Source: Microcoleus sp.
GTDB lineage: Bacteria; Cyanobacteriota; Cyanobacteriia; Cyanobacteriales; Microcoleaceae
Direction of reading: 5' to 3'
Assembly (NCBI GenBank): GCA_042408215.1
Contig: JAYFMW010000020.1
Coordinates: 256,001-320,000, forward strand
DNA: 64,000 nucleotides
In this document: piece after piece, positions 1-11,828 of the stretch
Layout of the letters: every line of letters starts with the position of its first letter
Position numbering within the stretch: position 1 is the first letter of the stretch
Made by a program: the position numbers and the translations under genes
The notes under the pieces: generated by a model
What the model saw: the letters and a program-made list of their open reading frames with translations, nothing else
The model's database searches: none
What the model was told of the DNA's origin: nothing

Positions 1-1
1 A

Positions 2-1000
2 GAAAAGCTGAGAGACTACGCACTGAAAGTCGATACAGAAGCGCCACAGGGATTGCCACAAAATTTGCAAATTAAGGAATTCAATCAATTAGCAGAGGCC
101 CTAAATAGCATGGTGCTGCGGCTCAGTTCGTGGGCTGGAGAATTGGAGGTGGCAACGAAGGAAGCCCAAGTTGCTAATCAGTTAAAAAATGAGTTTTTGC
201 GGAATATTTCTCACGAGTTGAGAACTCCGCTGAATGGCATGATTAGTTTTCTGCAATTGGTGCGGGACGGCTACTGCGATGACCGAGATGAGGAGATGGA
301 CTTTTTGCAACAGGCCCACGACTCGGCAATGCTATTGCTCAATATCATTAATGATATTTTGGATATTGCTAAAATTGAATCAGGCTCGTTCTCAGTAATT
401 TCGGAAGTAATTGATCTGACCGAGGTGCTTGAGGAAGCGGTTGATTTGCAGGCCGTTCCGATCAAGGAAAAAGGTTTGAATTTGAGTTGGCCAGCCGCTC
501 GCGATCCAATTACTGTTTATGCAGACCCGGAGAAGCTCAAGCAGGTGTTTTTGAATGTGTTGAGCAATGCGGTTAAGTTTACGGAGTCCGGCAGCATTAG
601 TATATCTATGAATCTTGAATCTAGGAAAATCAAAAGTCCTGATGTTGTCAACGGGAATGTACCAGAAAGTACGACAAGCCGCTTCGGTGAAAGCGAATGG
701 GTGGTGGTGACTGTTAAAGATACTGGAATTGGTATCGATCCTGAGCAACAGCAGAAATTGTTTCAACCTTTTGTGATGGCTGACGGCTCTACGACTCGCA
801 AATTTGGCGGCAACGGCTTGGGCTTGGCTATCTCTCGGAAGATCATGGAATCTATGAAAGGGAGCATTACGCTGCACAGTACGGGTATCAATCAAGGTGC
901 TACTGTGGTAATTTCTTTGCCTGTTACTCAGCAGTCGAATTCTTCTGTCGATCGCCAGGATTTGCTAATGGAAAATGCCCTGTTGAAAAGTTATGAGTGA
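2..1000 (+). CDS. Sensor histidine kinase, C-terminal part (HAMP end, HisKA, HATPase_c); begins upstream of the window
   Basis: Frame is open from base 2. H-box ISHELRTPL, N-box NVLSNAVKFT, G boxes DTGIG and GNGLGL. Confidence 0.9.
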   Translation, partial: EKLRDYALKVDTEAPQGLPQNLQIKEFNQLAEALNSMVLRLSSWAGELEVATKEAQVANQLKNEFLRNISHELRTPLNGMISFLQLVRDGYCDDRDEEMDFLQQAHDSAMLLLNIINDILDIAKIESGSFSVISEVIDLTEVLEEAVDLQAVPIKEKGLNLSWPAARDPITVYADPEKLKQVFLNVLSNAVKFTESGSISISMNLESRKIKSPDVVNGNVPESTTSRFGESEWVVVTVKDTGIGIDPEQQQKLFQPFVMADGSTTRKFGGNGLGLAISRKIMESMKGSITLHSTGINQGATVVISLPVTQQSNSSVDRQDLLMENALLKSYE

Positions 1001-1008
1001 TCGGTGAA

Positions 1009-2097
1009 TTAGGGGCCAATTGTTAAGGGTTGTCCACCGAGTTGGAGGGATTTGCTCAAAGCGCTGAGAATACGGATTAATTGGACGGAGGCCGAGCCGG
1101 AAGAGGTCGGGCAGCGGGTATTTGTTTGGACGCAGTTGAGGAAGCGATCGCACACTTGACGCAGCGGTTCTACTGGTTCTAAACTCAATACTTCGCGACT
1201 TTTGATTAGAGTTTGCTGGGAAGTTTGAGAAGGGATAAAACTGTTTTCGTCGCCCCCGCCATCTGAATTGCCTCGCTGTAAAATTAGGGGCGCTTCTGGC
1301 GACATTTCATCAAAAATCAAGGTTCCCAAACTGCCAATAACTGTTAAGCGTCGCTGTTTGTCGGGATTGAGCCAGCACAGGTGAATAAATGCTTGAAATC
1401 CGTCGGGATAGGTGAGTGTTACCCAAACCAAATCTGCTAGTCCTTCTAAAGGATTCACAGTTAAAAATGAAGGGTAAAATTGATTTTGTATTCCTTCTGA
1501 CTTCTCAAATACAGTGCCGATCGCACTTACTAGAATAGGTGTTTGTTGCAGCCAAGTATTGAAAATGGCGATGTCGTGGATAGCTAAGTCCCACAGGGCA
1601 TCAACATCGTGCCGCACGGGTTCGAGATGGGTGCGCTGGGCGTAACCGTAGCGCAATTTTCCGAGTTTATGTTGTTGAATAATTGTTTGGCCTCGATGGA
1701 CTGCTGGATGGAATAAATAAGTGTGATCGACGAACAGTTGTCGCTGCTGTTTTTCGGCTAACTGACAAAGTTCTATTGCTTCAGACAAGTTGAGGGCGAG
1801 AGGTTTTTCTACTAAGACATGGTAGCCACCTTTGAGGGTGGCTCGTGCGAGAGTGTAGTGAGTGGAGGCTGGGGTGGCGATCGCAACGGCTTCTAATCCT
1901 GGCAATTCTTGGACTTGCGACCAATCACCAGCTAAAATTACATTTTCATTGAGATTAAACTGTTTTTGCACAGAAACCAATGAATCTGGGTTCGGATCTA
2001 CGATCGCTAAAACTGCGCTGTGGGGATGTTCGAGAAAGTTGCGAATTAGGTTGACTCCCCAGCGGCCAGCACCCAATACAGCTATTCCGATTTTCAT
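1009..2097 (-). CDS. Gfo/Idh/MocA family oxidoreductase
   Basis: N-terminal Rossmann GAGRWG; EKP motif (VLVEKPL); DLAIHD. Confidence 0.9.
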   Translation of the reverse strand: MKIGIAVLGAGRWGVNLIRNFLEHPHSAVLAIVDPNPDSLVSVQKQFNLNENVILAGDWSQVQELPGLEAVAIATPASTHYTLARATLKGGYHVLVEKPLALNLSEAIELCQLAEKQQRQLFVDHTYLFHPAVHRGQTIIQQHKLGKLRYGYAQRTHLEPVRHDVDALWDLAIHDIAIFNTWLQQTPILVSAIGTVFEKSEGIQNQFYPSFLTVNPLEGLADLVWVTLTYPDGFQAFIHLCWLNPDKQRRLTVIGSLGTLIFDEMSPEAPLILQRGNSDGGGDENSFIPSQTSQQTLIKSREVLSLEPVEPLRQVCDRFLNCVQTNTRCPTSSGSASVQLIRILSALSKSLQLGGQPLTIGP

Positions 2098-2219
2098 TTA
2101 TTATATTTAAAAATTGCAGAGTAATTATACTATGTAATGTTATTTATTATTGGTTATTAGCATCCGCAAACAAATAACTACTGACTAATGACTACTGACT
2201 ACTGACTGCTGACTGCTGA

Positions 2220-2933
2220 CTACTGACTACTAACTAATTTATTAAAAGCAGCCTGAGCGGCGGCTTGTTCGGCAGCTTTGATCGATCGGCCTTTTCCCCA
2301 TGCTAGCAACTCTTCCAGAAGTCTAACTTCTGCGGTAAAACGATCCTCACCGCCCTGGACTGTCCCGGTTTCTTTCACAGTATATTTTGGCAAAGTTTTG
2401 TATTTGCCTTGAGTCAATTCTTGGAGAGCAGCTTTGTAGTTTTGGCGGGCTGGATCGCTGCGAATTTCGGTAGCTAGCCGTTGAAAATGAGGGTCTAACC
2501 AAGGGCGAATTAATTCTAACGTATGGCTACTCAAATAAAGGGCCGCAAGTACGGCTTCCAAAGCATCAGCCAGTCGGCTTTCTGCCCCTGTTTTGTCGCT
2601 GGCGGCACTGCTGGAAACAATCAAATAGCGATCGAATCCGTAACTTTCAGCGATTTTGGCAAGAATGCGATCGCTCACCAGGATCGATCGAATAGCAGCA
2701 AATTCGCCTACAGGACAGTCGGGATAAATCTCGAACAACAATTCCGATGCAGTCAGCCGCACAACTGCATCGCCGACAAATTCTAGTTGCTCATAATTTG
2801 CTTTAGCTGAAGCACTCGAATGAGTCAAAGCTAAATCGAGCAGATGCCATTTAATCGCAGGATTTTCGGGCAGTCCTAATTTTTCAATTAGTTTTTTAAG
2901 TTCTTTTTGGCGGCCCGGATAAATAAGACTCAT
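2220..2933 (-). CDS. rnc: Ribonuclease III
   Basis: RNase III signature YEQLEFVGDA, ADALEA, C-terminal dsRBD (NYKAALQE...KAAEQAAA). Confidence 0.95.
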   Translation of the reverse strand: MSLIYPGRQKELKKLIEKLGLPENPAIKWHLLDLALTHSSASAKANYEQLEFVGDAVVRLTASELLFEIYPDCPVGEFAAIRSILVSDRILAKIAESYGFDRYLIVSSSAASDKTGAESRLADALEAVLAALYLSSHTLELIRPWLDPHFQRLATEIRSDPARQNYKAALQELTQGKYKTLPKYTVKETGTVQGGEDRFTAEVRLLEELLAWGKGRSIKAAEQAAAQAAFNKLVSSQ

Positions 2934-3065
2934 TTGTTATTTGTTATTTGTTATTTGTTATTTGTTATTTGTTACTTGTTATTTGTTATTTGCTCCTTCT
3001 TCCTGACATCCGTTAAATCCGTTACCTAATCCGTTGCCGAACTTCCTTCTGACTGGGATTTGGGA

Positions 3066-3507
3066 GGGGAAAAAGTAGGACATAAGCCGGGTTCTGTTCT
3101 CTCAACTGCAAGCAATTTTCGAGGGCAGTTATCTATCTGGGACGCCTGTTACCAGACGCCTCAAGCGGTACCAAAAAACGGAACCGGTAAAAGACCAACC
3201 GTAGTCCCTCCGACCTTGCTCCCAACCGGGGTTTACCTAGCCAGCACCTCTCGATGCTGCTGGTGCGCTCTTACCGCACCTTTGCACCCTTACCAAATTA
3301 GTTGTTGCTTTGCAGTCAAAAATCCTCAGTTACTTACTAATGACCAATGACTGCTGACTGATGACTAATTGGCGGTATCTTTCTGTGGCACTATCCTCAC
3401 GATCGCTCGCACTGGGCGTTACCCAGCAAGTTTGGTCTTTCGGGAGCCCGGACTTTCCTCAGACTAGCTTTCGCTAATCCGCAACCGCCTGCGCCTACTT
3501 TCTCCCC
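3066..3507 (-). ncRNA. rnpB: RNase P RNA (bacterial type A)
   Basis: Minus strand reads GAGGAAAGTCCGGGCTCC ... AGTGCCACAGAAA ... GGTAAACCCC ... ACAGAACCCGGCTTA. The ends (GGGGAGAAAGTAGG / CCTACTTTTTCCCC) pair as P1. Confidence 0.95.
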
Positions 3508-3531
3508 AGATTTATTATACTCGATCGCTCG

Positions 3532-4713
3532 TTACTTTCCTCGGTCATCTTTAACAGGAGAAAAATTTTCAAACCAGCCGCGCCGCCAGAAGAAGTAAAT
3601 TAAACCCGAGGCGATCGTCACCATCAGCCCCCAACAAAGGGGATAACCAAAATACCAGTTCAGTTCTGGCATATTCAAGGGAGATTTCTCCGTATTGAAA
3701 TTCATGCCATACACTCCAGCCACAAAAGTTAGAGGAATAAAAATGGTAGAAATCACTGTCAGCAGTTTCATAATTTCATTCATTTTATTACCAACAGAAG
3801 ACAGGTAAACATCCATCAAACCCGAAGACAATTCTCGGTAAGTTTCCACCATATCCATCACCTGCACCGTGTGATCGTAACAGTCGCGCAGATAAATTCG
3901 CACCTCGGGACTGATCAAATCGCTGCTATCGCGAATTAAAATATTAATTGCATCCCGCTGCGGCCAAATTGCGCGGCGGAGAGTCAGCAATTCTCTGCGG
4001 ATTTTATAGATTTTTTCAAGAGTTTTGCGGGTGGGCCGCACCACCACTTCATCCTCCAGTTCTTCAATCCGCTCTCCGTAAAGTTCTAATACTGGAAAAA
4101 ATCCATCTATAATCGAATCTAACAGACTATAAGCCAGATAATCTGCTCCGTGTTTGCGGATAAGTCCTTGTCCTTTACGAATGCGATCGCGCACGGTTTC
4201 AAAGCAATCATAGTCCGGTTCTTCCTGAACACTTAACAGGTAATGTTTCCCCAAAATCAAACTCACTTGTTCTTTATGAAACTGATCTGAATTTGGCAGT
4301 AACATCACCATCCAAGCAATAATTAAAATGTGGTCTTCATAGTCTACAACCTTCGGTCGCTGGGGAACATTAACTACATCTTCTTGAGCCATCAGATGCA
4401 AATTAAAGACTTCACCCATTTGCCGCCAAGTTTCTTTATTTCCCAATCCCAACAAATCCACCCAAGAAACAGATTCTGTATCTAAATAGGCAGCAGCTTC
4501 TTGAGGATTTGCTAATTTTGAGCGAGTAGCTGTGGCCTCGCAATAGTCAATTAATACAATATCGGCCGGTGGTGCGTCGGGCTCTAAGTCTAGAGTTCCC
4601 GGCAGCGCCCCCGGATCGTCATAAAAATAATCAACGTAGGAATCATCATCATCATCATCATCTTTAATTGGTTTTGCAACAGCAATAGACCTATTTATGC
4701 CTTTGTATACCAT
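3532..4713 (-). CDS. corA: Magnesium/cobalt transporter CorA
   Basis: YGMNF signature, MPEL loop, two C-terminal TM helices. Confidence 0.95.
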   Translation of the reverse strand: MVYKGINRSIAVAKPIKDDDDDDDSYVDYFYDDPGALPGTLDLEPDAPPADIVLIDYCEATATRSKLANPQEAAAYLDTESVSWVDLLGLGNKETWRQMGEVFNLHLMAQEDVVNVPQRPKVVDYEDHILIIAWMVMLLPNSDQFHKEQVSLILGKHYLLSVQEEPDYDCFETVRDRIRKGQGLIRKHGADYLAYSLLDSIIDGFFPVLELYGERIEELEDEVVVRPTRKTLEKIYKIRRELLTLRRAIWPQRDAINILIRDSSDLISPEVRIYLRDCYDHTVQVMDMVETYRELSSGLMDVYLSSVGNKMNEIMKLLTVISTIFIPLTFVAGVYGMNFNTEKSPLNMPELNWYFGYPLCWGLMVTIASGLIYFFWRRGWFENFSPVKDDRGK

Positions 4714-4817
4714 GTTAATATTCCCTAGTTTTAGGATCTTTAATTAGATTATCATTTTTTCAGTAAAACAACCAATAACTAATGACTAATGACTACTGAC
4801 TAATGACTACTGACTAA

Positions 4818-7800
4818 TTACCTTTGGCGAATTGGAATTTCGATCGCAAATTTAGTTCCTCCTCCCGGTGCAGAAATGCAGCGCAGGGAGCCACAGTGTC
4901 TTTCTACCACAATCTGATAGCTAATCGACAGTCCCAAACCAGTACCTTTTCCTACAGGTTTAGTAGTAAAAAAGGGATCAAATATCCGAGATTTAACAGA
5001 TTCTGCCATTCCTGGGCCATTATCTGAAATTGCGATCGCAATCCGATTATTTTCCAAAACCTCCGTCTGAATCCGAATCGAAGGTGAGGCGTTGCAACTT
5101 ACAGGTAAACCCGGAAAATCTTGCCGTTCGGTTTCCGAATCACCCGCCAATTCCCCCTTCCTATTTCTGACATCTACCAAAGCATCAATAGCATTATTTA
5201 AAATATTCATAAATACTTGATTTAACTGTCCGACATAGCACTGTACTGGTGGTAGTTTGCCATATTCTTTAACTATTTCAATATTGCGAATTCTGCCATT
5301 TTCTTTGAGTCTGTGTTGCAAAATTAACAGAGCACTATCAATTCCTTCATGAATATCAACACGCTTGATATCCGATTCTTCTAGACGAGAAAAGTTACGC
5401 AAAGACAAAACAATGTGGTGGATGCGATCGGCTCCTGTTTGAATTGAGTTGAGTAGGTGCGGGAAATCCTGTTGGATAAATTCTATTTCTATTTCCTCAG
5501 CTAACTCTGCAATCGCAGCAACAGGTTCGGGGTAATGTTCTTCGTACAAACTGCACAATTGTAGCAAGTTTCTGGCGTAATCCCTAGCGTAAATGATATT
5601 CCCGTAAATAAAACTTACAGGATTATTAATTTCGTGAGCAATTCCCGCGACTAGCTGTCCCAAACTAGACATTTTTTCCGCTTGAATTAGTTGAGCTTGA
5701 GTTGTTCCTAATTGTTTCAATGTTTGTTCTAACTGGCGATTTTTATCTTTTAATTGAGATTCGGCTTGTTTCCGCAGAGTTATGTTGCGAGCTAGAATAA
5801 TAATTTGATCGGAATTAAAAGGCAACAGTCTGGCTTCATAAGTTTTTTCTACTTCCGACATGGAAAGCGAATATTCTATGTCCCTCGAATTTCTGTGTTC
5901 GGAAATTTCCAAGATTGCTTGAGCAAATTGGCTGGCGACATTTTGGGGCAATATGTCTGTCATTCGTTGGCCCATAAAATGTTCGGTAGGTAGGTATAAA
6001 TCCGAGGAACTTCCTGACAAATAATCCAAGATTATACCGTCAGAATCTAGTCGGAAATACAAATCGGGCAAAGCGCGAAAAACAGCTTCTAACTCTGAAG
6101 TTTTTTGGCGCAATGCTTCTTGGGCGTAGTAGCGATCGCTAATATCAAAAATCACCCCATCCAAACAGTAAACGCTCCCATCTTCAGCGAATACAGGAGA
6201 ACCTTTATCCCACACCCATTTAATTGTTCCGTCTGCTGCCAGCAAGCGATATTCCAAGCTATAGCACTGTTTATTTTCTATTTCTTTCCGAATTGTTTCT
6301 TCTACTTTTGCCAAATCTTCCGAGTAAATAACGCTGGCAAAAGTCCGCCCTCCCCTGTCGGGAGGCGAGAGAAAATCAGCAGCAGGATAGCCCGCTAGCA
6401 AGTAAACAGCATCGCTAATAAAAGTTGTCGAAAAATCGCAGCGCCAGCGATAAACTACTCCCGGAATATTAGCTACTAAAGAGCGAAATCTTGCTTCACT
6501 TCTACGCAAAGCTTCTTGAGCTTGATGGCGTTCAGTAATATCGTGAGCGAAAGCCAGCACTGCGAATACATTGCCTTCAGCGTCACGCAGAGGGACTTTT
6601 TGGGTATCAAAAATATGTACTGAACCATCAGCAAATGTTGCTGGATCGCAGGGATTGTGGATTATTTCGCCAGCCATTACAGCCGAGTCGTCTGTGCGGA
6701 AGCCTCGGATATTTTCTGCGGGATTGCCAAATACTAATTCTTCGGCAAATCCTAATTCAAGGTCGTTTTTTCCAATGGTTTCTTCTAGGGTTTTGCCAAT
6801 AGCTTCAGCGAAACTCTTGTTTGCCAAAATGTAGCGAAAATTTTGATCTTTGGCAAAAATCCAATCACTGCTTTTGTCAATGACAGTCCGCAGCAATTGT
6901 TCGGAACGTTCGGTTTGTTCCAAAGCTGCCTTGAGTTCTAATTCCAGGCATTTGCGATCGGTAATATTTTCAAAAGCAACGCCGACGCAGTTGTTGGGTA
7001 ATGGGAAAGCTTTCATAGAAAAAGCACGAGTTATTCGCTCGCATTCATCGCAGTCAATATCTTCAAGTTCTACGGCTTTCTGACCACGAATTACCGATGC
7101 AAATACTTGGGGAATATTTTTAGACCGCGAATTTGGAAAAATCTCGTCGATTGTCATTCCCAAAACATCGGCCATTTCTAATCCGGTAAACTTGGTAGCC
7201 GCGGGATTGGAAGCGATCGCCCTTAAGCTGCTGTCGTCGTTTATATTTTCTAAATGGTAGACGTACAAACCTATTTGCATATTTTCGACAATTTGGTCGT
7301 AGAGACGCACGCTTTCGTCTACCTGGCGGCGTTCGGTGATATCTTCAGTAATACCTAAAACGTATTGGGGATTGCCTTGAGCGTCGAGAATTGGCACTTT
7401 GCGGGTATGCAGTATTCTCAAACCTTTGTGGCGAGTTTGGATCGGTTCTTCGGCTATGTCTTTAACGATCGAGTTGCTGTCATAACCTGTTAATATTTCT
7501 CTGTCTTGTGCAGTGAAAACATCAGCTTGTTCTTTGGGATAAATGTCATAGTCATTTTTGCCGATCGCCTCTTGGCTAGTCACACCTGCGATCGCCTCTC
7601 CCGCTTTATTCCACAACACAAATTTTAGGGAGGAAGCATCTTTAGCAAAAACTCCCACCGGCAGATTTTCTACAACCGAATTGAGGAACCCTTTAGCTGC
7701 TTTCAAATCGGCTTCTGCACGCTTGCGCTGGATGCCTAAAGCAATGACATCAGCAACCGATGCCAGAGTGTCCAGAAAAGCTTGTGTCAGCGGCTGGTGG

Positions 7801-9053
7801 CTGACAATTCCCATGACTCCCACCAGCCTTTCTTCGACAATCAAGGGGTAGCCTGCGAAGGTAAAAATCTGCTTTTGGAAATTGGAACTTGCCGCTAGTT
7901 GGCGACTATTAATAATCGCCAATTCCGCATAATTTCCAGTTGTTTCTGCCCCGGATTCTGACTCCCAGCGTCCCAAATTATTCAGTTCAAATCCGCAGTC
8001 AATTTCCGGTTTTTGCTGTTGGGCGATCGAGTTAACCTTACTTTGAATAAAGCTAGTCACAGCTTCTGTGCGAATGTAGACTCCGGCGGCGGCTTGCTGT
8101 TCGAGAATATTTTCTTGATAGTTTAAAGTCCAAATTTCAGCAGAAGCAACATCGAGATTTTGCACCATTGCTTCGCAGCAGGGAAGCAAGATATCTTGGG
8201 GGTGTTTGGTGAGGGCAATGCCGACATCAGCCACCATTGCTGTCAGGCGAGAACCTTGAGCTTTTTCTGCTTCCAGCAGCTTGCGATCGGTGATATCTTC
8301 CACTAAAGAAAGTACCGTAAAAGTATCCCCGCTGCGAATAATCGAGTTAAACCAGCGACACCAAATCACCTCTCCGCTTTTAGTATGATTGCGATTAATA
8401 GAAGTATTGCCTTGTCCCGCAGCCAGTTCAAGTTCGATCGCACTTACAGCCTCTCTATCTTCCTCGCAAACTAAGCCCAAATCGCCAAACTGCTTGCCCA
8501 TCATTTCATCCGATGTCCAGCCAAAAATATCTTCAGCGCGTTTCGACCACTGAACGATCCGAAAATCTTCATCCCAGCCTACCATTGCCAGGGGAGTATT
8601 AGCGGCATTCAACCATAGTAAATGGTTCGAGTGGCGCAACTGCTCAGTTTTCTGCTGTTGCCAGCGGTAGTGCCTGGTAATATCTCGACCAACACTAAAA
8701 ACCCGCATCTGGTTGCTAGAGGCATCCACAACTGGCGTGTAAGCCGTTTCGTAAATTTTTATCCCGCCGTCTTTTGCTGTCACTTCGTGGATAGCAATTC
8801 TTTTTTCCCCTGTAATTAATACTTGTTGCAGGCAGGCATCTATCTGTGCAATAATATTTTTTAGAGCTGGATTGTTGGGATATAATTGCAGTAATTCGTG
8901 ACTTGTTTTGTTGGCTATTTCGACAGGTTCTAATCCCATCCAGGCGGCGGCAACAGGATTAACAGATATGTACTTTTGCTGTATATCGAACTCTAGGAAA
9001 GCATCAACAGAGTTAGATAAGAATGACTGAAACCAGTTGATAACTTCCGGCAT
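4818..9053 (-). CDS. Multi-PAS/GAF sensor histidine kinase
   Basis: Repeated PAS/PAC motifs (DITDRK, DITER), a GAF-like segment, H-box AHEINNP, G boxes DNGPG and GTGLGL. Confidence 0.9.
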   Translation of the reverse strand: MPEVINWFQSFLSNSVDAFLEFDIQQKYISVNPVAAAWMGLEPVEIANKTSHELLQLYPNNPALKNIIAQIDACLQQVLITGEKRIAIHEVTAKDGGIKIYETAYTPVVDASSNQMRVFSVGRDITRHYRWQQQKTEQLRHSNHLLWLNAANTPLAMVGWDEDFRIVQWSKRAEDIFGWTSDEMMGKQFGDLGLVCEEDREAVSAIELELAAGQGNTSINRNHTKSGEVIWCRWFNSIIRSGDTFTVLSLVEDITDRKLLEAEKAQGSRLTAMVADVGIALTKHPQDILLPCCEAMVQNLDVASAEIWTLNYQENILEQQAAAGVYIRTEAVTSFIQSKVNSIAQQQKPEIDCGFELNNLGRWESESGAETTGNYAELAIINSRQLAASSNFQKQIFTFAGYPLIVEERLVGVMGIVSHQPLTQAFLDTLASVADVIALGIQRKRAEADLKAAKGFLNSVVENLPVGVFAKDASSLKFVLWNKAGEAIAGVTSQEAIGKNDYDIYPKEQADVFTAQDREILTGYDSNSIVKDIAEEPIQTRHKGLRILHTRKVPILDAQGNPQYVLGITEDITERRQVDESVRLYDQIVENMQIGLYVYHLENINDDSSLRAIASNPAATKFTGLEMADVLGMTIDEIFPNSRSKNIPQVFASVIRGQKAVELEDIDCDECERITRAFSMKAFPLPNNCVGVAFENITDRKCLELELKAALEQTERSEQLLRTVIDKSSDWIFAKDQNFRYILANKSFAEAIGKTLEETIGKNDLELGFAEELVFGNPAENIRGFRTDDSAVMAGEIIHNPCDPATFADGSVHIFDTQKVPLRDAEGNVFAVLAFAHDITERHQAQEALRRSEARFRSLVANIPGVVYRWRCDFSTTFISDAVYLLAGYPAADFLSPPDRGGRTFASVIYSEDLAKVEETIRKEIENKQCYSLEYRLLAADGTIKWVWDKGSPVFAEDGSVYCLDGVIFDISDRYYAQEALRQKTSELEAVFRALPDLYFRLDSDGIILDYLSGSSSDLYLPTEHFMGQRMTDILPQNVASQFAQAILEISEHRNSRDIEYSLSMSEVEKTYEARLLPFNSDQIIILARNITLRKQAESQLKDKNRQLEQTLKQLGTTQAQLIQAEKMSSLGQLVAGIAHEINNPVSFIYGNIIYARDYARNLLQLCSLYEEHYPEPVAAIAELAEEIEIEFIQQDFPHLLNSIQTGADRIHHIVLSLRNFSRLEESDIKRVDIHEGIDSALLILQHRLKENGRIRNIEIVKEYGKLPPVQCYVGQLNQVFMNILNNAIDALVDVRNRKGELAGDSETERQDFPGLPVSCNASPSIRIQTEVLENNRIAIAISDNGPGMAESVKSRIFDPFFTTKPVGKGTGLGLSISYQIVVERHCGSLRCISAPGGGTKFAIEIPIRQR

Positions 9054-9204
9054 GGGTATTTTTCAAGCTGTTGCAAGTTAAGCTCAAGCATTTTGATAAA
9101 AATAGTTTAACTTACTCAAAGATTTTGTGCAGCCTAGCACTTTTACGCCCGCAACAACTCTTGACGATCCAAAAATTTAATTTAAAGTTTTTTATCAGAA
9201 AATT

Positions 9205-9480
9205 GGGTTTAAAACCCCGTCCTTGTAGGACGGCTTTTTCCATTGTTAAGTAATATAACAACATCCATCTAAACAAATGAATATGGGAGAATAAACAGAT
9301 CAGACAAGATTTAAAAACCTACCCCCGGACTGGGGGAAAGTCTACGCCCAAAACATTCACAGAGGAGACATGACTACGCACTTACGTGCAAACGTGGTCA
9401 GCCTGGGAACTAAGCGCAATAGGGATATTAAGACCGAAAAGTCTTAAGAATCCCCATGCCTTTAGGCTGGGGAGTGTCAA
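9205..9480 (+). mobile_element. Non-autonomous IS200/IS605 derivative (276 bp, no ORF)
   Basis: Left end GGGTTTAAAACCCCGTCCTTGTAGGACGGCTTT matches the left end of the tnpB element at 28057. Right end AAGAATCCCCATGCCTTTAGGCTGGGGAGTGTCAA matches the other right ends in the window. Confidence 0.8.
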
Positions 9481-9564
9481 GGAGATAGCTTAATTAAAGC
9501 AGATTTTCTGTTTCTTAACAAGACGCAACCTATACAAAACATATAGCGGTTCGGTAATTGGGTC

Positions 9565-9707
9565 TAGGGCATGGGGCCTAGGGCATGGGGCATGGGGCAT
9601 GGGGCATGGGGCATGGGGCATTGGTAATTAGTAACTAATGACAACAGTCAACAGTCAACTAATGACTGCTGACTGCTGACTAATGACTAATGACTAATGA
9701 CTAATGA
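9565..9707. repeat. STRR heptamer arrays (GGGCATG)n and (TAATGAC)n. Similar arrays at about 2180-2230, 2935-2990, 4777-4816, 13580-13775, 28110-28220, 29095-29222, 48668-48920, 53286-53440, 53579-53692, 60300-60750 and 63508-63590
   Basis: Visible 7-nt tandem repeats, mostly just downstream of stop codons; typical of filamentous cyanobacteria. Confidence 0.9.
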
Positions 9708-11399
<1,692 letters not shown>

Positions 11400-11430
11400 G
11401 TTTTGTCTCCATTCGCTTACATTAGCAAAT

Positions 11431-11457
11431 TTAGCACTCTCTGAGGCTGAGTGCTAA
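11431..11457. promoter_or_regulatory. CIRCE operator (HrcA site) upstream of groEL
   Basis: Perfect TTAGCACTC-N9-GAGTGCTAA about 30 bp upstream of the groEL start. Confidence 0.95.
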
Positions 11458-11698
11458 TTCGATCGATTTTAGATTTGGGTTGCGGGCGATCGCCCAGTCC
11501 GGTTAAAGTCATCGCAGTGCACAATTCTCGCTTAACAGGCTTTCCGGCCTGTTCCACAAACAGTGAATTTTTTTTGTGGGGAGTAGGGGTTGGGCATCCT
11601 GCCTGCCCTAAACTGAATTATCTGTATACCCACGAACATACGGATATAATGTGATTTGTCACATTTATTAATCAAATTTTCCCTCTTCCTCATTCCTT

Positions 11699-11820
11699 CT
11701 TCCGACCTTCATCGGACTTTCATCCGTTACATCCCGTACATTGCTCGTTGCCGAACTTCCTTCTTCCGACTTTCATCGGACTTTCATCCGTTACATCCCG
11801 TACATTGCTCGTTGCCGAAC
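11699..11820. repeat. Tandem duplication of a ~64-bp unit (CATCCGTTACATCC family); related copy at about 2995-3050
   Basis: TTCATCGGACTTTCATCCGTTACATCCCGTACATTGCTCGTTGCCGAAC occurs twice in a row. Confidence 0.8.
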
Positions 11821-11828
11821 CTCTACCT

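Noticed and set aside
3060..3350. 96-aa ORF on the + strand
   Set aside because: Antisense to rnpB; spurious.
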